The notes under the pieces are model-generated. The model ran no database searches, was not told the origin of the DNA, and saw only the letters and a program-made list of their open reading frames with translations. A stretch of DNA of 33,956 nucleotides from a bacterium (GTDB lineage Bacteria > SZUA-182 > DTGQ01 > JAFGSM01): NCBI GenBank assembly GCA_049472335.1, contig JBLIRO010000053.1, forward strand, positions 1 to 33,956. The letters run 5' to 3'. This document shows, piece after piece, positions 27,649-33,956 of this stretch (positions within the stretch are counted from its first letter, which is position 1; each line of letters begins with the position of its first letter). The translations under genes and the position numbers were made by a program.

Positions 27649-27714
27649 TCCTTTTTGTTGTGATTTGTTACTTTTTAATGGGAATCATAATAGAAGCGGC
27701 AAAGCTGATCCACC
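27649..27714. repeat. 66-bp direct repeat, right copy
   Basis: 63/66 identical to 12202-12267; includes the true nfi stop codon. Confidence 0.95.
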
Positions 27715-28184
27715 TTCCTAAGCATGGTTGGTATACGATGATCCCCATGCATTTTCCTTATATATCCCGATGCAATCACGGGGTCAATCCCAACCGAGGT
27801 AATATACAAAGGCCTCTTGCTTTTTCCGCGATAAACCTTTTGAGCGAATCCAGAATGCTTAAATCTGCTTTTTCCCACTCCTATTACAGGCGTTGACCTC
27901 CCTAATGTTTCATATAGATAGGCCCCTAAACCGGGAGATTTTTTGCCATCGAGCCACACATATCCATCTATCAGAATTATATCAATCGGTTCAACAATCT
28001 TATCAAGTACATGCAGAAGGCATGGCAGCTCGCGCTTATAGAATCTGCCCGGCTCATACGGCTTTACTCCCTCTATTCGACCTGCAAATTGTCTGATAAT
28101 GTCTTTGTCAGTCCAATCTGAGAATAGAATGCATGCAGCAACAGCACTCATGTCTTTGTAAAAGGTATCCATGCATGCAATCAT
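27675..28184 (-). CDS. nfi: Endonuclease V family protein (169 aa)
   Basis: YEPGRFYKRELP, IILIDGY, GLGAYL, PVIGVGKS, RGKSKRPLYITSVG, HRIPTMLRKVD. Confidence 0.9.
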   Translation of the reverse strand: MIACMDTFYKDMSAVAACILFSDWTDKDIIRQFAGRIEGVKPYEPGRFYKRELPCLLHVLDKIVEPIDIILIDGYVWLDGKKSPGLGAYLYETLGRSTPVIGVGKSRFKHSGFAQKVYRGKSKRPLYITSVGIDPVIASGYIRKMHGDHRIPTMLRKVDQLCRFYYDSH

Positions 28185-28230
28185 AAAATCCCCCGGATGG
28201 ATTATTTTATCTCTTTCATTAACCGGTAAT

Positions 28231-28277
28231 AAAAAAGGGATATCCCGAAGTCATCTTAGAGGAGATTGGGATATCCC
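28231..28277 (-). terminator. Intrinsic terminator
   Basis: AGGGATATCCC-N20-GGGATATCCC followed by T6 on the minus strand, just after the stop at 28293. Confidence 0.65.
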
Positions 28278-28292
28278 TGATATTCTATTTGG

Positions 28293-28889
28293 TTAAGTTG
28301 TTGTTACAGATGTTGTGGCCGCCGGCGTTGTTGTAGTGGTACCAAAGGTACTCAACAAAGAAGACAAACCTCCATACATTCCGAGACCGCCGTACATACC
28401 ATACATACCATACATGCCATAAAGACCAGTACCACTAAGACCGCTAAGGCCGCCGTACATACCATAAAGACCACTGAGGCCTCCATACATGCCATACATA
28501 CCACCATACATGCCATACATACCATAAAGACCGCCGTAAAAGGCCTCCCCAAGAGCGCCACCGCCATAAGCAGTTCCGGTCGAGCTGAATCCGGAGAAGG
28601 AACCAAGTCCATAAAGACCGCCCATGCCATAAAGACCGCCAAGTCCGCTCATACCGTAGAGACCACTTAAGCCCCCATACATGCCGTAGAGGCCTAAACC
28701 GCTAAGGCCGCCGTACATACCATAAAGACCACTGAGACCGCCATAAAGGCCCATGCCGTAAAGGCCTCCAAGTCCATAACTCCCCATACCATACAAACCG
28801 TAATAGGCATGTGCCTGGTTAGCAAGACAATAGCATAAAGCTATAACAAGTATGATAATTAATGCTGTATAAAGCCCCTTTTTTCTCAT
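28293..28889 (-). CDS. Secreted Gly/Tyr/Met/Leu-rich low-complexity protein (198 aa)
   Basis: GGAGG RBS; signal peptide ending QAHA; GLYGMYGGLS repeats with varied synonymous codons; Thr-rich tail; own terminator. Confidence 0.85.
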   Translation of the reverse strand: MRKKGLYTALIIILVIALCYCLANQAHAYYGLYGMGSYGLGGLYGMGLYGGLSGLYGMYGGLSGLGLYGMYGGLSGLYGMSGLGGLYGMGGLYGLGSFSGFSSTGTAYGGGALGEAFYGGLYGMYGMYGGMYGMYGGLSGLYGMYGGLSGLSGTGLYGMYGMYGMYGGLGMYGGLSSLLSTFGTTTTTPAATTSVTTT

Positions 28890-29318
28890 TTTATAACCTC
28901 CCCAATCGTATTCTTAACCAAAAATCTAAAGACAAACAAAAGAATAACAACATCCCAAGGCCTTTAAAAAAAATCTACCATATATTCACCTCCTTTTATA
29001 GGCCCTTCGAGACTCCCCTATAAGATTGATAAATAATATGATATTAATATCCTTTATTTTAAAAGAGACTTTCGATTTGGTCCGAGAAGTATTTGAAATC
29101 ATAGAGTAATAGAGTAATGAATAGACTAAACTATTTTATTTTTCTTTAAACAATATAACAGAAAATAGACGAAGGCTTCATTTGTTTAGTTACGCAACTA
29201 TGGATACTAATTTAGGCTTGAAACATTTTTATGTTTAATATATAGTTGAAGATGACAAAATTATATTGAAATTATATAATGTTATAGGGTTAGAAGGGTT
29301 AGAACCTTTTATATCTGA

Positions 29319-30209
29319 TTAGAACAAATTTGTACTCAGATATTTTTCACCTCTATCAGGAAATATCGTCACAATGTTTCCTGATTCGATTTTCCTGGCG
29401 ATTCTGATCGACGCCAAAAGAGCCGCGCCACTGCTCATCCCTACAAAGATACCTTCTTTTTCAACAATTTTTCTCGCCATCTCAAAAGCTTCCTCAGTTT
29501 CAATCTCTATTGTTTCATCGATCTTTTTTTTATCATAAATAGATGGGACCAAGGCTTCCTCCATATTTTTGAGCCCTTGAATATAATGGCCTCTAGTCGG
29601 CTCAGCGCTGACGATCTTAACCCTGGGATTATACTTCTTCAAATAGCCCCCGACCCCCATTAATGTCCCGGAAGTTCCAATAGCAGAGACAAAGTAGTCG
29701 ATCTTTCCGTTTGTCTGTTTCCAGATTTCCTGGGCAGTTGTTTCATAATGGGCAATTTTGTTGTATTCGTTGGAAAACTGATCAGGCATAAAATATTTCT
29801 CCGGGTTTTCTTTTACTAATTCTTTGGCTTTCCTTATTGCGCCATCGGTTCCAAGGCTGGCATCGGTTAAGATAACATGGCCACCGTATGCCTTAATCAT
29901 TTTAATCCGCTCCACTGATACTGCCTTGCTCATTACTATCTCCACATGGTAACCTCTAACCGAGCCGATCATAGCCAATGCTATCCCTGTATTGCCTGAT
30001 GTCGGTTCAATAATTGTCTTATCCTTGGTGAGTTTATTTTCGGCCTCAGCCTGCTCTACCATTTTCAATGCAATCCTGTCTTTAATGCTGCCTCCGGGAT
30101 TAATCCCTTCCACTTTTGCATAAATATTTACTTTTTCACTTGGTTTTAATTTATTGATTCTGACCATTGGTGTATTGCCGATGGTCTGTAATATATCTTC
30201 ATAGATCAT
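29319..30209 (-). CDS. cysM: Cysteine synthase (PLP-dependent, CysK/CysM family)
   Basis: IGNTPMV, NPGGSIKDR (PLP lysine), EPTSGNTGI, GTSGT, GMSSGA, PDRGEKYLST; CysK versus CysM not firmly resolved. Confidence 0.88.
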   Translation of the reverse strand: MIYEDILQTIGNTPMVRINKLKPSEKVNIYAKVEGINPGGSIKDRIALKMVEQAEAENKLTKDKTIIEPTSGNTGIALAMIGSVRGYHVEIVMSKAVSVERIKMIKAYGGHVILTDASLGTDGAIRKAKELVKENPEKYFMPDQFSNEYNKIAHYETTAQEIWKQTNGKIDYFVSAIGTSGTLMGVGGYLKKYNPRVKIVSAEPTRGHYIQGLKNMEEALVPSIYDKKKIDETIEIETEEAFEMARKIVEKEGIFVGMSSGAALLASIRIARKIESGNIVTIFPDRGEKYLSTNLF

Positions 30210-30284
30210 ATTTCTCTTCCTGTTTATTAAATTGATGTAACATTCACATTTTATAAATTTATATATTCAATAATACCCGCTTCA

Positions 30285-32639
30285 TCATGAAAAAACGATT
30301 TTGGGAAGATAGATCTGAAAAGCGGTCCCCGATCCTGTTTCAGATTCCACATTAATGAAACCATCATGCTGCTTTATAATTGAATGGACAACAGTAAGTC
30401 CCAGGCCCATTCCTTTTTTGGCCCCCCTTTGTTTGGTTGAAAAATAGGGATCAAAAATAAAAGGTATATGTTCATGTGATATTCCGATTCCATCATCCTG
30501 TATGGATATTTTGACATATATTTGAGATTTTTTTACTAAATCCATGAATGGCTGGCCTTCATCCAAAGGAATGCTTTCAAGTTTAATCCTTATCGTTCCT
30601 CCCTTTGGCATAGCATCGATAGCATTATAAATTATATTCTCAATGGCTTGCCTCATCTGAATCTCGTCATATTCAACAAGCCAGGAATCATCGGGTATTG
30701 AAAACTCACAATTCACATTGGAACCAAATATGATACTATTGACTGACTCCTTTATTAATTTATCTATCGGAAAGGGATTTTTCACCGTAAATCCACCTTT
30801 AGAAAAGGTAAGAAATTGATTTGTCAAGTCATTTCCACTCATACATGCCTTTTTTGCCACATCCAATCTGCTGTAATTTTCTTCATTCTGTGTCAAGTCC
30901 ATTTGCACCAAATCAAGATTACACAATATCACATTGATAAGGTTCTTGAAATCATGTGCAATTCCACCTGCAAGGGTGCCTATTGATTCAAGCCTGTGAC
31001 TTCTCATTAACTCTATTTCTATCTTTTTACGCTCTGTGATATCCCTAAAATATGCGAGATTAACTGTTTCTCCTCGATATGTTATAAGGGTTTGAGAAAC
31101 CTCGATAAACAAGGATGTTTCATCTTTGCATACCCCTTTAAATTCATACTTGTCAGGGGCCAACTCTCCTTTCTCTATGCGAAAGCTGTAGTTCATGACT
31201 TTTTCCCAGTCATCGGGATGTACTATGCTCGTCAGAGACTTACCTATAAGGTCCTGGGGAGAATCATAACCAAAAATATCGATGAATCTTCGGTTCATAT
31301 ATACAAAAACACCATTTTTGCTTATAATTACTCCGTCATTGGAGTGCTCAATTGCGTTCCTGTAACGTTCCTCACTTTCTCTCAAGGCCAATTCGGTCTT
31401 CATGCGGTTCGTTATATTGCGAACATGTTCCACTGTCCCTATCGATTTACCTGTTTGATCTAAAATGGGAAAGGAATATACCTCCTGCCAGTTTTTTTCC
31501 CCCTCAGGCCCTGGAAAAGAGACAATCCCAGTCTGGGGGGTACCCTTTTCCAAAGCCTTTAAAGAAGGGCAGTTGTCACAAGGTTTGTTCCTTTCATGGA
31601 AAACCTTGTAACATTTTTCACCAATAATAGGGATCTGTGGTGAATACCATTTTTCTATAATCTGGTTATTTCTAATAATATTTAATTCCTTATCAAGCGC
31701 AACGATTCCGTCCTGGATTGTATCAAAAATGTTTTGCAGAAACCTCTCGCTTTTCTGATGTGCTTCCTGAGCCTTTTTTGTTTGATCAATGGCATAAGAA
31801 AGTTGCCTCAAATCTATACCCTGCATTAAAACGCTCGCAAGGAACAATATTCCAAATAAAGAAAGGCTTCCGGTAGCGATTATTCGCCAAAATTTGGATC
31901 CGTTGGCTAGCATATCCGAAGTAGGCAGCGCACTTATATATAGATTCCTGTTTAGCACCCTCCCTTTAGCCTCCAGCATATATTCTCTTGCATGATCCAA
32001 TTGTTCCTGAAATTCTGAAGATGTAAAGACCGGAAAGGAATCATCGACTACTTCTATTAATATATCCCTTCTTAAGCGAAAAGCGCTATAATTTCCAAAC
32101 ACCTTTTCCGCCGTGAAAGTAACTTCACAGAACCCCCCATGAGGGTATGGGACAAACATAGAATAACCCTTTCCTTCCTGTATAATATCAAGATGTGTTG
32201 ACAGATATGGATGCTTGGATGAGGCGGCTATTTTTAATGCTTCCTTAGCCGTAACAGATCTAACCATCGATCCTATAAGCCCTTGATTTGTTTCAAACGG
32301 ACAGACAAATTCGACCCGGAGATCTGGTCCGAGATAATTTATTGCTTGTAAAAATGGATAGGCTTCGATCAAATGAATCATTTTTTCCTGATGTTCAATC
32401 TGGCTTTGTGGAGCCGCTTTACTATATATATAAGACAAATCGTTAGCAATAAAACCCAAGCGGGCGTCCAGCTTATGAAACAGATTACATGTCCCTTCAT
32501 TGACAGCCTTCTCCATGAGGTTTTTTATCTCCTTCTTTCGTTCCTTTTGTGCATAAATGAAGAGAACAAAAAGCATAAAGATAATAGAAAATAATGTATA
32601 AAACCATTTATTCCCGGGAAAGATTTTATTAATTCTCAT
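30285..32639 (-). CDS. Membrane sensor histidine kinase with extracytoplasmic (CHASE-like) and two PAS domains
   Basis: Two TM segments; PAS repeats; H box LAGGIAHDFKN; N box NAIDAM; DDGIGI; FDPYFSTK; GMGLGL; no receiver domain. Confidence 0.92.
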   Translation of the reverse strand: MRINKIFPGNKWFYTLFSIIFMLFVLFIYAQKERKKEIKNLMEKAVNEGTCNLFHKLDARLGFIANDLSYIYSKAAPQSQIEHQEKMIHLIEAYPFLQAINYLGPDLRVEFVCPFETNQGLIGSMVRSVTAKEALKIAASSKHPYLSTHLDIIQEGKGYSMFVPYPHGGFCEVTFTAEKVFGNYSAFRLRRDILIEVVDDSFPVFTSSEFQEQLDHAREYMLEAKGRVLNRNLYISALPTSDMLANGSKFWRIIATGSLSLFGILFLASVLMQGIDLRQLSYAIDQTKKAQEAHQKSERFLQNIFDTIQDGIVALDKELNIIRNNQIIEKWYSPQIPIIGEKCYKVFHERNKPCDNCPSLKALEKGTPQTGIVSFPGPEGEKNWQEVYSFPILDQTGKSIGTVEHVRNITNRMKTELALRESEERYRNAIEHSNDGVIISKNGVFVYMNRRFIDIFGYDSPQDLIGKSLTSIVHPDDWEKVMNYSFRIEKGELAPDKYEFKGVCKDETSLFIEVSQTLITYRGETVNLAYFRDITERKKIEIELMRSHRLESIGTLAGGIAHDFKNLINVILCNLDLVQMDLTQNEENYSRLDVAKKACMSGNDLTNQFLTFSKGGFTVKNPFPIDKLIKESVNSIIFGSNVNCEFSIPDDSWLVEYDEIQMRQAIENIIYNAIDAMPKGGTIRIKLESIPLDEGQPFMDLVKKSQIYVKISIQDDGIGISHEHIPFIFDPYFSTKQRGAKKGMGLGLTVVHSIIKQHDGFINVESETGSGTAFQIYLPKIVFS

Positions 32640-32928
32640 AATATTAAGTCCTACTCGCTTCTATTTTTGTTTTTTATATTTAAAAGAACAGGATAACAGA
32701 GAGTATTTTTCTGTTAAGGTTAATTAATTAAAATTGGAGTGTATAAGCATACAATTATTTTTTTAAAAGGATATTTTTTCTCAATATTCTTTTATACTTG
32801 AGAGTATATAACTATTTTAAATGGGTGTCAATGAAATTTATATAATTCTAATTGAAGTCTTCTTTAAAAACACAAAGGAAATATTGAATAGGCTCATTAG
32901 TGTTCTTGTTAAAGCAACCAGGCAAGCC

Positions 32929-32954
32929 TCAGGGGCCTTCAAGAAGGCCCCTGA
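32929..32954. terminator. Perfect inverted repeat, probable terminator of the cytochrome gene
   Basis: TCAGGGGCCTTC-AA-GAAGGCCCCTGA. Confidence 0.6.
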
Positions 32955-33056
32955 ATGAGAAAAACTTTATAGATTATCAGCTATCACGATCATAGGTGGT
33001 ATTTTTAAACCGGGTTACTAGAGAGTTTTAAAATATTAATTTAAAACGCTACTGGT

Positions 33057-33956
33057 TTATAAACCTCCTCCAACTATTAATATTAACCGCCCGGTATTCG
33101 GATCTTCATCGATTGTGGTGCTTCCGTTATGGGGATGGTGACATGTCAGGCATTCAATGCTTTCATATGCTGTGCCGTCATGTATACCTTCATGACACTG
33201 ATTGCAAAAACCTTCGCGGCTGCCGTAAAAACCAACATCCCCTCCCTTGCTTCTCAGATAATATCCCCCTCCCGAATCGGGTTGCATGTGGGGATTGTGA
33301 CAGGAGCCGCAATAGAACCCATCCATTGATTTTTGACCCGGTATAATAGTGGGTATTGTGTCCAGGTCATTGGGATCCAGAGGGAAATAGCCGGAATCAA
33401 AATCTACCACTTTATCTGAATCTATATCCGCCCAATACCTCATTACGTGATCTTCCGGATAGTAGCCTTCAGAGGGGATTTCGTCCCCCAATTCAAGGCC
33501 CTTAAAGACCGTCTTGGCACCAGGGAGCACATAATTAATATTATGGCAGGAAAAGCAAAGCTGGCGAAAACCCTGGAAAGGACCCATTTCGTAACATCCC
33601 CTGTCAGGGTCCTGATTCGAAGAGCATTTTATTGACCATAGTTTTGGATCGGCGGAGCCATGAGGTCTGTGGCAGGCATTACAAATCCCCTGCCCTTCGG
33701 AAAGAGTCCCGTCTCCGTGAGCCCCTTCAGGGAAACTGTATTCACCTTTATCCCCAAATGGATGGCATGCTTTACATAATTCGCTGCCGGGGCTTGTGGC
33801 ACTCCGTTTTTTCATATTGTCCTTGACCAGTAGAAATCCATGGTCAGTGTTAGAATCCGTTTTTGTTTTACCTTCCCAGGAAGTCTCTGCCGCATGAACA
33901 TTGTGGCAGGTCAGACAAATTACCTTTCCACTTCCATCCAGCGTGGACATACCTGT
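33057..33956 (-). CDS. Multiheme c-type cytochrome, probably 5'-partial
   Basis: Seven CxxCH motifs (CLTCH, CKACH, CNACH, CFSCH, CGSCH, CNQCH, CLTCH); the frame is open to the window edge. Confidence 0.9.
   Translation of the reverse strand, partial: TGMSTLDGSGKVICLTCHNVHAAETSWEGKTKTDSNTDHGFLLVKDNMKKRSATSPGSELCKACHPFGDKGEYSFPEGAHGDGTLSEGQGICNACHRPHGSADPKLWSIKCSSNQDPDRGCYEMGPFQGFRQLCFSCHNINYVLPGAKTVFKGLELGDEIPSEGYYPEDHVMRYWADIDSDKVVDFDSGYFPLDPNDLDTIPTIIPGQKSMDGFYCGSCHNPHMQPDSGGGYYLRSKGGDVGFYGSREGFCNQCHEGIHDGTAYESIECLTCHHPHNGSTTIDEDPNTGRLILIVGGGL

Overview
Bacterial accessory region rich in secreted-protein genes and decayed mobile DNA. 1-2725 is an integron: three attC-type sites, an attI-like region, three cassette ORFs (two look HEPN-like) and a short frameshifted intI remnant. 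3066-12216 holds a 1560-aa triple beta-propeller/HYR surface protein, an internally deleted pseudo-copy of it, a secreted hypothetical with a silent second C-terminus, and a DUF3160 protein. 12268-27648 is a 15.4-kb block bounded by a 66-bp direct repeat (63/66 identical) made of the DUF3160 stop region plus the 3' end of endonuclease V. The block carries a ~4300-codon PKD/lectin-like/prenyltransferase-like/Ig/Rhs gene split by one in-frame TAA; its C-terminal domain starts with a pilin-like helix and has a metzincin motif. It also carries a stuttering GGGGAC repeat, IS1-like and IS1634-like remnants, and an MNT-HEPN pair fused by an apparent one-base slip. The right end has nfi, a Gly/Tyr/Met-rich secreted protein, cysteine synthase, a PAS histidine kinase and a partial multiheme cytochrome c. 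All family calls come from reading motifs by eye; no searches were run.
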